Assembly: GCA_965368975.1 (NCBI GenBank)
Contig: CBDUPA010000001.1
Span: 512,001 to 576,000, forward strand
Direction: 5' to 3'
Source of the DNA: an uncultured bacterium
Lineage (GTDB): Bacteria > Acidobacteriota > Thermoanaerobaculia > Multivoradales > JAHZIX01
DNA length: 64,000 nucleotides
Shown: one piece after another, positions 49,598 through 58,753 of the stretch
Position numbering within the stretch: the first letter of the stretch is position 1
How the letters are laid out: every line of letters starts with the position of its first letter
Position numbers and translations under genes: made by a program
Notes under the pieces: generated by a model
Database searches by the model: none
What the model saw: only the letters and a program-made list of their open reading frames with translations
Told to the model about the DNA's origin: nothing

Positions 49598-50878
49598 ATG
49601 ACAGCTACCTTGATGCGACCGCAGCACGCGACAGCCCAGGGCACTTTGCTCGACGGTGATCTCGCGGAAGCGGCAAGAGAGTCGGTCGATGCCATCATCG
49701 CAGATCTGCTCGAATTGCCGCCCGAGCGCTGCTATAGCCGGCTCCTGCAAGCTCATAGGCCTTCCCTGGGAGCTTTGGAGCCTTGGGCTGCTTTGCTCTT
49801 CGCCTACGCGGCGGAGGCCGGGGTGACGTCGGCCGAGCCGGATGCTCTGGAGATGCGTGCACTCTTGACGCTCGACGAAGCACAGCAGCAGCTCGCCGCG
49901 GAGCAGCGCCTCGATCTCTACGGTGGTTGGTGTGGAGTCGGTTGGGCCTTGGCGCATCTCACCGAGGCCGAGGGCGACGATTTGTTGCAGTTGGATGCTG
50001 CCGTCGAGACTTTTCTGCAGGCAGAACACGAGTTCTGGAAGCTGGACCTCATTGGGGGGCTCGTCGGCTACGGGATCTACCTTCTGGAGCGCTTGCCGCG
50101 GCCGGCAGCGGTACAGGGGCTACGCTCACTGGTCGAGCAGCTGGAGCGCTTGGCGGAGCACACCGACGATGGTCTGATTACCTGGTGGACCCGGCCGGAA
50201 GTCATGCATGAGCAGGAACGCGTCGCCGCCGGTGTCTACAACCTGGGCTTGGCTCACGGCATCCCGGGTGTCGTTGGCCTGCTGGCGCGCGTTCATCGCG
50301 CCGGAATCGCGCAGGGGCAGTGCTCGGCTCTGCTCGCAGGTTCCCTTCCCTGGCTCTTGCAGCAGCGACTTCCCACGGGGATAGCTTCCTGCTTTCCACG
50401 CCAGCTGACGGCCGGTGAGAAGCCCGAGCCGTCGCGCATTGCCTGGTGCTACGGAGAGCTCGGTGCCGCCACTGCGATGCTGGCTGCTGCGCGCGAACTC
50501 AGCGATGTGGCCCTAGAACAGCAGGTGATCGACCTCGCCCTGCACGCCGCTCGCATTACCGGGCCAGTAGCAGGCGTCGTCGACCCGGGGCTGTGCCATG
50601 GTGCGGCTGGTAATGGGCACATCTTCCATCGGCTGTACCGCGCTACTGGCGAAGATGCCCTACGGCGGGCTGCGGTGTTCTGGTTCGAGCAGACTTTGGG
50701 GTATCGCCGGCCCGGGACGGGAATCGGCGGTTTTCAGTCGTTCTATCCGGGACGTCCTGAGCGACCTTGGTACGACGATGCCAGCCTCGTCATGGGCTCC
50801 ACGGGAATCGGTCTGGCCCTGCTTGCAGCCTTGACGCCTGAAGAGCCGGCATGGGATCAACTGCTACTGCTTTCTTGA
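49598..50878 (+). CDS. lanC: LanC-family lanthionine cyclase
   Basis: LYGG..G, DLIGG..G, NLGLAHG.PG, AWCYG, LCHG.AG (Zn ligands intact). Confidence 0.9.
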   Translation: MTATLMRPQHATAQGTLLDGDLAEAARESVDAIIADLLELPPERCYSRLLQAHRPSLGALEPWAALLFAYAAEAGVTSAEPDALEMRALLTLDEAQQQLAAEQRLDLYGGWCGVGWALAHLTEAEGDDLLQLDAAVETFLQAEHEFWKLDLIGGLVGYGIYLLERLPRPAAVQGLRSLVEQLERLAEHTDDGLITWWTRPEVMHEQERVAAGVYNLGLAHGIPGVVGLLARVHRAGIAQGQCSALLAGSLPWLLQQRLPTGIASCFPRQLTAGEKPEPSRIAWCYGELGAATAMLAAARELSDVALEQQVIDLALHAARITGPVAGVVDPGLCHGAAGNGHIFHRLYRATGEDALRRAAVFWFEQTLGYRRPGTGIGGFQSFYPGRPERPWYDDASLVMGSTGIGLALLAALTPEEPAWDQLLLLS

Positions 50879-51977
50879 GGCGTCCTGTCTGGGATGCTGG
50901 TCCGCAGCTCCGCGGCCTCCTCATTGCGCCCAAGTAGCCGCAAGCACTGGTCGAGGAGGTCGGCCGCCTCCGCTAGCCGTGGGTCGCCGCCTTCTCGAGT
51001 CCGGTAGTGTACTTCCAGGATCTCGCGCAGAAGCGGTTCCGCGGCCTCGGGCTCGCCAGCTGACAGCTTGTAGCGGCCGAGGCCGAGCACATAGCGAGCC
51101 CGGTCCGGGTTTTCCGGCGGCAGTAGCTCGCGTGCCAGGTCCACGGCACGCTCATGCAGCGGTGCAGCCTGACCGTGGATGCCTCGGGCTTCCAGCAACC
51201 GTGCCAAGTTGTGCAGGCTGTTCGCGACAGCCGGGTGCTCACCCAGGCGCCTTTGGCGCAGGTCCAGAGCCTGCCGGTAGAGCACTTCTGCTTTGTCGAG
51301 GTTGTCCTTGTGCGTGTAGGCCTCGGCAAGACGATCCAGCGTGTTGGCGAGTCTCGGGTGATCTTCGCCCTGCACGCGCCGCCGTCGTTCCAGGTTTTGC
51401 TCGTGCAGGACGATGGCTTGATCGAACTTTCCTTGCTGGACCAGCATGGTGGCCAGATTGTGTGTGTTGGTGATGATCTGCGGGTGATCCTCGCCCAAGA
51501 AGCGGCGATTGATCTCCAGGGCTCGGCGGACGTAGTGCTCCGCCTCGGCGTACTTGGCCTGGTAATAGTAGACATTGCTCAGGTTGTTCAAGATCGTCGC
51601 CAGGTCCGGGTGCTCGTCTCCAAGCGCCGTGCCCCAGCGCTCGATGATCGGGACACGCGCTTGCCCTTTCCCCGCTTGGCTGCCAGATGCTTGCGTGCGT
51701 GATCCAGTAGCAACCGGCGCATGATCTGGGCGGCGATACCGAAGAAGTGCGCACGGTTCTGCCAGCGCACACTGTCCTGGCCGATCAGGCGAAAGTAGGC
51801 CTCGTGAACCAGATCGGTCGTCTGCAGTGTATGGTCGCTGCGTTCTCGACGTAGGTAGCTGGCCGCCAATGATCGCAGTTCGTCGTAGACGATTGGCCAC
51901 AGCTGGGCGAGAGCTGCTTCGTCGCCCTCGGACCAGGCAACCAGCATCTGAGTGACAGGTACGGGTAGGGTGCTCAT
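50857..51977 (-). pseudogene. Chimeric remnant: ECF43-like sigma N-terminus joined out of frame to the TPR tail of a Ser/Thr kinase
   Basis: [13 protein letters not shown]...[11 protein letters not shown] stops matching at about 51652 with no sigma region 4; another frame continues [15 protein letters not shown] TPRs to 50857; no kinase domain. Confidence 0.8.
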
Positions 51978-52074
51978 TAGGAACGAAGGCGACTGTAGCT
52001 CGGAGGTATTTGTGCTAGTTTATCCATCCCTTCCATGAGCTGCCGTGGCGGCTCGAACCCTTCCAGAGAGGTCC

Positions 52075-52740
52075 ATGATGAGCGTCGATACTCTCCTGCT
52101 GACAGAGCCCCTGTACCGCTACATGCGCTCGATCTCGCCGCCGGAACCGGAGCCGCTACGGCGGGCGCGGCAGGACGCCGAGGCGCTGGGCGACAACATC
52201 CGCCAAATCGCCCCCGAGCAGGCGCAATTTCTCGGCCTGCTGGTGCGCCTGGCACGCGTCGAGCGGGTGCTGGAGATCGGCACCTTCCGCGGCTACAGCG
52301 CGCTGGCCTTCGCGCTGGCACTCCCGGAGAATGGGCGCGTGGTGACCTGCGACATCGACGATATCTGGTCCGACTTCGCGCGCCGACACTGGCGCGATGC
52401 CGGCGTGGCGCACAAGATCGAGGCGCACGTGCAACCAGCCCTCGAGTGGCTCGATGGGTTGCTCGAGAGCAGGCGGGAGGAGACCTTCGACTTGGCGCTG
52501 GTCGATGCTGACAAGCACAACCACGGCCGGTACTATGAGCGGGCGCTGCGGCTGGTTCGACCCGGAGGTCTGATCGTGCTCGACAATGTTTTTTGGACTG
52601 GCAAGGTCGTCGATCCCGCGGCCGATGATGAGGACACGCGCACCGTGCGTGCACTGAACGAGAAGGTGGCATGCGACGAGCGGGTGAAGATGGTCGTGGT
52701 GCCGCTGGGCGATGGGTTGACGGTGGCGTTGAAGCTGTAG
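52075..52740 (+). CDS. Class I SAM-dependent O-methyltransferase (caffeoyl-CoA OMT-like)
   Basis: LEIGTF.GYS, DADK..Y, GG.IV.DNV.W.G, P.GDG.T. Confidence 0.9.
   Translation: MMSVDTLLLTEPLYRYMRSISPPEPEPLRRARQDAEALGDNIRQIAPEQAQFLGLLVRLARVERVLEIGTFRGYSALAFALALPENGRVVTCDIDDIWSDFARRHWRDAGVAHKIEAHVQPALEWLDGLLESRREETFDLALVDADKHNHGRYYERALRLVRPGGLIVLDNVFWTGKVVDPAADDEDTRTVRALNEKVACDERVKMVVVPLGDGLTVALKL
52723..52738 (+). repeat. Direct repeat, left copy (3' end of the OMT gene)
   Basis: GTGGCGTTGAAGCTGT, 15/16 identical to 54811-54826. Confidence 0.55.
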
Positions 52741-52747
52741 CCCGCGC

Positions 52748-53914
52748 TCAGGGCGAGTAGAGGCGCTCGAAGGCGGCGCGGTTGCGCGCCAGGCTGGCGG
52801 CATCCATGAAGTCGTTGTGCACGGCCAGATCGACGGGCACGTCGTAGACTCGGGGTAGCCACTCGGAGCGCAGGCTCTTCTGGGTGTGCAGGCGGCACGT
52901 GGCGGCGGGGGCGACGATGTCGGCCGGGCTATAGAAGTTGAACACTTCGACGCCGTCCTGGTGGGTCGCCGCGAAGAAGCGCTGGTTCAGATCGTGAGTC
53001 TGCCGGTTGCCAGGGCTCAGCTGGAGGGTGCCGCGGCTGTTGTAGATGCGTCTCAGTTCGGCGGCTTTGCGTGCCTGGAATTCCCGGTCCGAGCGTTCCA
53101 GGTAGTTGCGCTCGGCCTGGGTGCCGCCTGTGTAGCGGGTGCGCTTCTGCTCCCAGGAGAGGGCAATCAGCTCGCCCGCCACTCCCAGCAAGGCGACGGT
53201 GTCGGTGCCGGCGTGCGGCGTGCCGAGGAAAGCGATGGTGGTGCGGGTCGGTCGGTAGCCGGCGGGGGCGCCGCCGGTGGGGGCCCCGCCCAGGCTGGCC
53301 AGCTTGTCGCGCCATTGCAGGTAGGCGTCCTTGGCGTAGTTGCCGCCGGCGGAGTAGCCGACCAGTGTGATGCGGGCCTGCGCATCGAAGTACGCTGGGC
53401 TGTCTTTGAGCCAGCGCAGGGCGGTCAGGAAGTTGCCGATCTGGCGCTGGTTGGAGCCGTAACCATCGGACGAGTCGAGCGAGATCATGCACACGGCGGT
53501 GCCGCCCTGGTCGCCCGCGCTGAGTCGGTGCAGGAAGTCGAGGTGCCCTCGCCAGCCGGAGAGCACGTGTTCGCGGTTGGGCCGGCCGGTGTCGGGATAG
53601 GGTTCGATTTTCCAGTAGAAGCCGTGGATCAGCACCACGACGCGGCGGTGACGGGCCAGTTGCACCAGGATCTCGGCGCTCGACGTGCTGCTGGAAGGGC
53701 TTCCGGAGGCCTTACCGCCCAGGTCGCGCCAGCTATCGGGCGTGCGCGTGTAGCAATACAGCGGTCCGTTGAGCGAGATCTCGTACTCCTGCACGAAGCT
53801 CTGAGCCACCTGCAGGCTGGCCTCGGCCGGCCGCGCCGGTAGTAGGACCACGAGTAGCAGGAGCACGAGGTGACCCGTTCCGACCGTGGAGCGCAGCGAG
53901 ATCGAGCGCGTCAC
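52748..53914 (-). CDS. Secreted alpha/beta hydrolase (lipase/PGAP1-like)
   Basis: VVLIHG, LVGYSAGG, LGTPH.G, S.AD.V, H..F; signal peptide; GTGA overlap with the upstream gene. Confidence 0.75.
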   Translation of the reverse strand: MTRSISLRSTVGTGHLVLLLLVVLLPARPAEASLQVAQSFVQEYEISLNGPLYCYTRTPDSWRDLGGKASGSPSSSTSSAEILVQLARHRRVVVLIHGFYWKIEPYPDTGRPNREHVLSGWRGHLDFLHRLSAGDQGGTAVCMISLDSSDGYGSNQRQIGNFLTALRWLKDSPAYFDAQARITLVGYSAGGNYAKDAYLQWRDKLASLGGAPTGGAPAGYRPTRTTIAFLGTPHAGTDTVALLGVAGELIALSWEQKRTRYTGGTQAERNYLERSDREFQARKAAELRRIYNSRGTLQLSPGNRQTHDLNQRFFAATHQDGVEVFNFYSPADIVAPAATCRLHTQKSLRSEWLPRVYDVPVDLAVHNDFMDAASLARNRAAFERLYSP

Positions 53915-54732
53915 TGCTTGGGTCTCCAGCTGGCGCAACCGTTCGGGTCCGTGCCGATGTCGTGTATCGGATGATCTTTGGAAAGCCGCGACAGAATTTC
54001 CTGGCTCGGCGGATACAAGGGGTGCCAGTTGAAGTACTCGCGGCTGATCGCGCCGGTGCTCCCGACGTCGTAGCCGCAGCTCAGAACTGGATAGTCGAGA
54101 ACCTCGCGCGGGGCGTGCTGGAGGAGTTCCTCGCGGAAGGCATCGCGCAGTGGACGCATTGTATCGTTCACCTGCTGTCGCTGGGCGTAACTCAAGCCCG
54201 GGGCCGAGAACCCGAAGCGCTCAGCCATGATCTTGGTCATGGCAAGGTCGAGAGTGCTCGTGTTGGTGCGGCGCAGCGAGCCTTCACCGGTCGGCCGTTC
54301 GCGTGCCGGCCCGGGCGTCGGTCGCACGATCGTCTCGCTCGGTTCGCGGTCAGCGTCGAAGTAGCCGTTGGCAAGGTCGACGTTCGCCAGGCAGACATCG
54401 ACCTTGGGAAATAGTTCCTTGACCGCCAGTTCGTGATTGCCCCAGTAGCTGATTCTTTCCAGTACCAGGACTTCACCGTAGCCATAGTCCTTCAGGTAGC
54501 GATCGGGCGGTAGCCGCGCCGCGTCGAAGGCGGTCTGCATGCAGCGGCAGGCGGAGCGGATGTCGCCGGTTGTGGCTGGGGTAGTCAAATAGTGCTCGAT
54601 CAGGCGCTGACAGGCCGCCTCGACGCGGGTCTGCTCGCGATCGGGGAACTTGGGCAGCGGCGTGTCTTGGGCCGCCAGCAGCAGTGGGTAGGCGAGGGTG
54701 AGGTGCAAGAGGATGGAGAGCGTGCGTCGCAT
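53911..54732 (-). CDS. Secreted hypothetical protein (6 Cys)
   Basis: AAGGA RBS, ATG 54732, signal peptide. Confidence 0.6.
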   Translation of the reverse strand: MRRTLSILLHLTLAYPLLLAAQDTPLPKFPDREQTRVEAACQRLIEHYLTTPATTGDIRSACRCMQTAFDAARLPPDRYLKDYGYGEVLVLERISYWGNHELAVKELFPKVDVCLANVDLANGYFDADREPSETIVRPTPGPARERPTGEGSLRRTNTSTLDLAMTKIMAERFGFSAPGLSYAQRQQVNDTMRPLRDAFREELLQHAPREVLDYPVLSCGYDVGSTGAISREYFNWHPLYPPSQEILSRLSKDHPIHDIGTDPNGCASWRPKQ

Positions 54733-54810
54733 GCTGGGTTCCTTCAACCTGGTTTGTGCGTTGGTGAGAACACGAGGACTCGAACAGGGCGATGGCGGAA
54801 GGATAGCTTA

Positions 54811-54826
54811 GTGGCGCTGAAGCTGT
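54811..54826 (+). repeat. Direct repeat, right copy
   Basis: GTGGCGCTGAAGCTGT; GGGCGATGG also precedes both copies at different spacing. Confidence 0.55.
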
Positions 54827-54999
54827 CGGTTCCAGCTACCTGGAGCCAGCCGGCAGTAGACGCTTCGAAGGGAGTTCGGTCTCGACTACCGCGAGACCAG
54901 GAGCGTGTGGGGCGCCTTCGGCGTCCACTTGCGTTGGCTGAGGACGCTCGGCCGGGGCGACGATCCGATGGTGGCCGCCGAAGGTGCTGTTTCTAGCGC

Positions 55000-56889
55000 T
55001 CAGCCGGTGATCTCCAGGTACAGGGGATTGCTCTCCAGGCCGCGATTTTGGACATAGACCAGAGTCCAACCCAGGTCCAGACCCGCAGGGACTTCGACCT
55101 GCAGGTAGCGAGAAGGTGCGCCCTGGACGCTCGCCTGATTGGTAAGATCGACGGTCACGGCGGTGTTGCCGAAGTAGACGACCGGCGCTGCGTAGTCCGG
55201 CGGACGCACGCTGGCGCTGCCTTCGTTGCTCCAGCGCAGCGTCAAGCGTGAACCCTCGAGCAGCAGGGTGTCGCCCATGACCGCCGAGGTGGTTTCTTGC
55301 CAGGGCCAGCCCGGGGTGACGATGGCTCGGTGCAGGCTGTCGAGGATCGGGAAGGGATGCAGCACCGCGCGGGCGATGTCGTCGCTGGTGATCAAGGCAT
55401 CGAGCGTGGTGCCGGCTGGATTGCCGTAGAGCAACTCGATCGCTTCGGTCTCGATCGGGGTGTAGGCCGAGTACGTGCCGCCCATGCCCTCGTAGCCGAT
55501 GACCCGGTTGCCGCGGAAGGCGTGTGCCAGTCCGGCGACGTGCCCGAGCTCGTGGATCGCGGTGTCGTAGGCCTGGGCATCGGCCGCATAGCCGGTGGTC
55601 CAGGCAGAGCTGAGGTGGAGCTCGCCGCCGATGATCGGCGCCCCGGCTCGTTCGAGCGCATGTCCGGCGTCGTTGCACGCGGCGTCGACGCCCTGGCGGA
55701 AGGCGACTCCGCGCGGGGTGTCGAAGGTCACGGTCACCACCCGGCAGCGATCGGCGGGCGGATCGGCGCTTTCCAGGAAGGTCGCGGAGTAGAGGCCGTG
55801 GGTCAGGTCCGGCACGGTGGCGGTGAGCATGGCGCGCGTGTCGGTCTCACCCTGCGTGCCGCGACCGGTGGCGTCGAACCAGAACACCGGATCGGCGGTG
55901 AAGCGGCTGGTGCCGTCGATGCGCGGGCCGGTCGGGAGGTCGAGCGCACTCAAGACGGACTCGACGAAGTACTCCTGCGCCGGCTGGCTCCAGGCATGGC
56001 CGCCGTCACCATCGAAGGCTCCGATGTCGGCTCGGGTCCCGTCGGCGTCGTTGTAGGCGGCATCCGGATGCCCCGCGTCGCGGCACGGCGAGCCGGCGGC
56101 CAGCCGGTAGTCGCCGTCGTTGCCCTGGGTGTTGGCGTTGTGCGTCGTGTAGGCGAACAGCGGATCGGCAGCGATCGTACCGGTGCCGCCGCTGGCGTCG
56201 TAGCCGTAGTCGCGACGGTTGCCCCAGATGTCGTTGTAGGACTCGGCCGGCGTGCACTGGTAGGGTGCGTAGCCGGTGTGGTTGCCGGTGATGATGTTGT
56301 TGACGATCGTCGGCGTGGCGCGCTCGGCGTAGATGCCGTTGGGTCGCGGATTGTAGGAGCTGCCCAGGTTGCCGAGGATCGTGTTGTTGCGAATCTCGGC
56401 AGTGCAGCCGTCGAGACAGACGATGCCGCCGTCACCGTAGTTGGCGATGATGACATTGCGGGTGATCAGTCCGGACGTACCGTCGCACTTGATGCCGTCG
56501 TAGCCGCCGGTGATGGTGAAGCCGCGTAGCTCGGCGCCGTTCGCCATGGTCACCGTCGGGTGTCCGCCGTCACGATCGGCGCCGCCATGGATCACCGCCG
56601 CGCCGACGCGCGGTGACACCAGGCTGACGCCCGCCGGCAGCGTCACGTGTTCACGGTAGAGCCCGGAGGCCACCACCACGGTATCGCCCGAGGAAGCATG
56701 GCCGAGACCGGCGGCGATGGTGCGAAAGGGTTGCGCCTCGGTGCCGACCTCGATGCCGGTGTAGGCACCGTGGACATAGTAGGTGGTAGGGGGCGGGCAG
56801 CCGGTGGTGAGGAGCAGTAGGATTCCGAGGCCGAGGATCAGTCCGCGCGCGTCTCGGAGCGTCGAGAGTGAACGCAGGGGGGTGTTCAT
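55000..56889 (-). CDS. Lipoprotein: right-handed beta-helix (DUF1565-like) + metzincin-type protease motif + IPT/TIG-like tail
   Basis: LTTG-C lipobox; GT...PF.TI, GD.V.V..G.Y.E, NNII..N, SP..DAG, DIGA; HELGHVAGLAH. Confidence 0.75.
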   Translation of the reverse strand: MNTPLRSLSTLRDARGLILGLGILLLLTTGCPPPTTYYVHGAYTGIEVGTEAQPFRTIAAGLGHASSGDTVVVASGLYREHVTLPAGVSLVSPRVGAAVIHGGADRDGGHPTVTMANGAELRGFTITGGYDGIKCDGTSGLITRNVIIANYGDGGIVCLDGCTAEIRNNTILGNLGSSYNPRPNGIYAERATPTIVNNIITGNHTGYAPYQCTPAESYNDIWGNRRDYGYDASGGTGTIAADPLFAYTTHNANTQGNDGDYRLAAGSPCRDAGHPDAAYNDADGTRADIGAFDGDGGHAWSQPAQEYFVESVLSALDLPTGPRIDGTSRFTADPVFWFDATGRGTQGETDTRAMLTATVPDLTHGLYSATFLESADPPADRCRVVTVTFDTPRGVAFRQGVDAACNDAGHALERAGAPIIGGELHLSSAWTTGYAADAQAYDTAIHELGHVAGLAHAFRGNRVIGYEGMGGTYSAYTPIETEAIELLYGNPAGTTLDALITSDDIARAVLHPFPILDSLHRAIVTPGWPWQETTSAVMGDTLLLEGSRLTLRWSNEGSASVRPPDYAAPVVYFGNTAVTVDLTNQASVQGAPSRYLQVEVPAGLDLGWTLVYVQNRGLESNPLYLEITG

Positions 56890-57075
56890 GACGATCTCCT
56901 GGAGTTGGGTAGGTTCAGAAGATGGGGAGAGGGAGGAAGCTTGGATCAGGGTCCGGCGGGTTCAGCAGGAGAAGGTATACCTTCCCCATCATCCAGTGTA
57001 GGAGCCCGCTCCGCAACACCCACAGAGGTAGGGTGGCTGACCGGCTGGTCGGCAGGGACTACCGGTCAACGGCGC

Positions 57076-57123
57076 TACTATTGCGGGGTCGCACTCCTGC
57101 GGGGCCGTACTCTTGCGGGGACG
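57076..57123 (+). repeat. Three imperfect 16-bp tandem repeats in a divergent intergenic region
   Basis: TACTATTGCGGGGTCG / CACTCCTGCGGGGCCG / TACTCTTGCGGGGACG. Confidence 0.75.
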
Positions 57124-57211
57124 AGTGTCGTCAGGGATCGCCTCGGCACTGGCATGCGCTCAGCTCATCTCAAAGACAACTTCCAGGGTTCAGCCCGAAG
57201 GTGAAGAACGA

Positions 57212-57991
57212 ATGATCGAAACAGGACTTGCGGGAAGAGTCGTCATGGTGACTGGCGGCGCCGCCGGTATCGGCCGTGCTGCTGCGCTGCGCTTCGCGGC
57301 CGAGGGAGCCCGCGTTGCCGTTTGGGATGTGCGGCCAGCTGTTGGTGACTTGCAAGGTGCACTCCGGCAGGCTGGCGGTGATGGAGTCTTGCAAGCCGTC
57401 GATGTGACGGACGGGGAGGCCGTGTTGGCGGCGGTCGAGGAGGTCGTTGAGCGCTGGGGGCGTGTCGACGTGCTGATCAACAACGCCGGTATCGTGCGCG
57501 ACTCACAGCTGGTCAAGTGGAAAGACGACGAAGTAGCCACGATGATGAGCGACGAGGCTTTCGATGCTGTCATCGCGGTCAACCTCAAGGGCGTCTTCCT
57601 GTGTACCCGTGCGGTGGTGCCGCACATGATCCGCCAGCAGGGCGGCGTCATCCTCAGTGCTTCTTCGGTGGTCGGGCTGTACGGGAACTTCGGCCAGACC
57701 AACTACGCTGCCACCAAGGCAGGCGTCATCAACATGACGCGCACCTGGGCCCGCGAATTGGGGCGCTACGGCATCCGCGCCAACGCCGTGGCGCCGGGCT
57801 TCGTGGCCACCGAAATTGTGAAGGACATGCCGCCGAAGGTCATCGAGTCGGTTCAGGCTCGCACGCCGCTCGGGCGCATGGGCTCGGTCGACGATATCGC
57901 CAACGCCTACGTGTGGCTGGCCTCGGATGCCGCCGCCTTCGTCAACGGTACCGTTCTGTCGGTCGACGGTGGCTTGGTGCTGGGCACCTGA
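57212..57991 (+). CDS. fabG: 3-oxoacyl-ACP reductase (SDR)
   Basis: TGGAAGIG, NNAGI.RD, NFGQTNYAATK, PGF..T, PLGR.G. Confidence 0.85.
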   Translation: MIETGLAGRVVMVTGGAAGIGRAAALRFAAEGARVAVWDVRPAVGDLQGALRQAGGDGVLQAVDVTDGEAVLAAVEEVVERWGRVDVLINNAGIVRDSQLVKWKDDEVATMMSDEAFDAVIAVNLKGVFLCTRAVVPHMIRQQGGVILSASSVVGLYGNFGQTNYAATKAGVINMTRTWARELGRYGIRANAVAPGFVATEIVKDMPPKVIESVQARTPLGRMGSVDDIANAYVWLASDAAAFVNGTVLSVDGGLVLGT

Positions 57992-58021
57992 GGGCCAACA
58001 AGGCTGCAAGCTGTTCGAGAT

Positions 58022-58370
58022 CTCCTCTTCCGCTTCAATCGCCTGGTGATCGTCGGCTTGGTGCTGGTCAGTCTGGCGCTGGCCTACTGGCAGCTGGTAG
58101 CCTCCAACCTCAGCGTCGCGATCTTCGCCCAAACCGGCGTCTACGCCTACTTCGCCGCCGCCTTCGTGCCGGTCTTGTTCGGAACCTTCCTACCCAAGAC
58201 CCCCACCCAAAGCCGCCGCGATCTCAGCGTCCGTGGTGGCGGTGGTCGTCCACTTCACGCTCTACTACACCGGCGACGCGTACTTCCCCTAACTTCATGG
58301 ACGTCAGCGTCAAGAATCCGGGGATCTCGACCGCGCTGGGGATCGTCGCGGTGGTGGTTGGTGGGGGAGA
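58022..58370 (+). pseudogene. Frameshifted C-terminal remnant of a membrane transporter (probably a sodium:solute symporter)
   Basis: NLSVAIFAQTGVYAYFAAAFVPVLFG, then two frame changes continuing AAISASVVAVVVHF..YY and NPGISTALGI; no N-terminal part. Confidence 0.6.
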
Positions 58371-58451
58371 GTAGTTGGCGTCAAGGCGATCTCTTGATTA
58401 GAATTCAATATTCCTGGAAGGTCTACTCTTCCCGTTAACAGAACTTTTTGG

Positions 58452-58709
58452 ATGTCTATCAGAAGATTCCGAGACGTCAGCGAGATGGAGGGCAATACCT
58501 GGAAAGAACCGGGTAGCCCAGAGCTCATGCGTGCCATCCGTTCGACTTGGGACTTCGCGCAGCGCACGCTACAGCCGAAGTTCCCGCCGGGCGTCTACAA
58601 GTACCGCTCGATCGAAGAGATGAAAGCGCAGCGCGAGCGCTGGGCGCAGGCGAACTTCGAGGCGTACCAGGAGCGGTTACGGCAGAAGCGGGTCGAAGGC
58701 GCTAAGTAG
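58452..58709 (+). CDS. Small hypothetical protein (FR...EM / PPGVYKYRSIEEM)
   Basis: 85-aa ORF with an internal motif duplication; AT-rich upstream region. Confidence 0.6.
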   Translation: MSIRRFRDVSEMEGNTWKEPGSPELMRAIRSTWDFAQRTLQPKFPPGVYKYRSIEEMKAQRERWAQANFEAYQERLRQKRVEGAK

Positions 58710-58753
58710 ATACCGCTTCCAGATCTTGGACTCGGAGACGCGTACCGAGGCTT

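Noticed and set aside
44932-50878. Single operon or system linking the PSD-like enzyme, sheath, secreted protein and LanA/LanC (all plus strand)
   Set aside because: Gaps of about 50-120 bp, no shared motif and no functional logic visible; treated as independent accretions unless synteny shows otherwise
51640-51665. Programmed frameshift joining the ECF and TPR frames
   Set aside because: No clear slippery heptamer, and the product would lack sigma region 4 and the kinase domain; a deletion is simpler
57076-57123. Possible mini-CRISPR
   Set aside because: Units are 16 bp and contiguous, with no spacers and no cas genes
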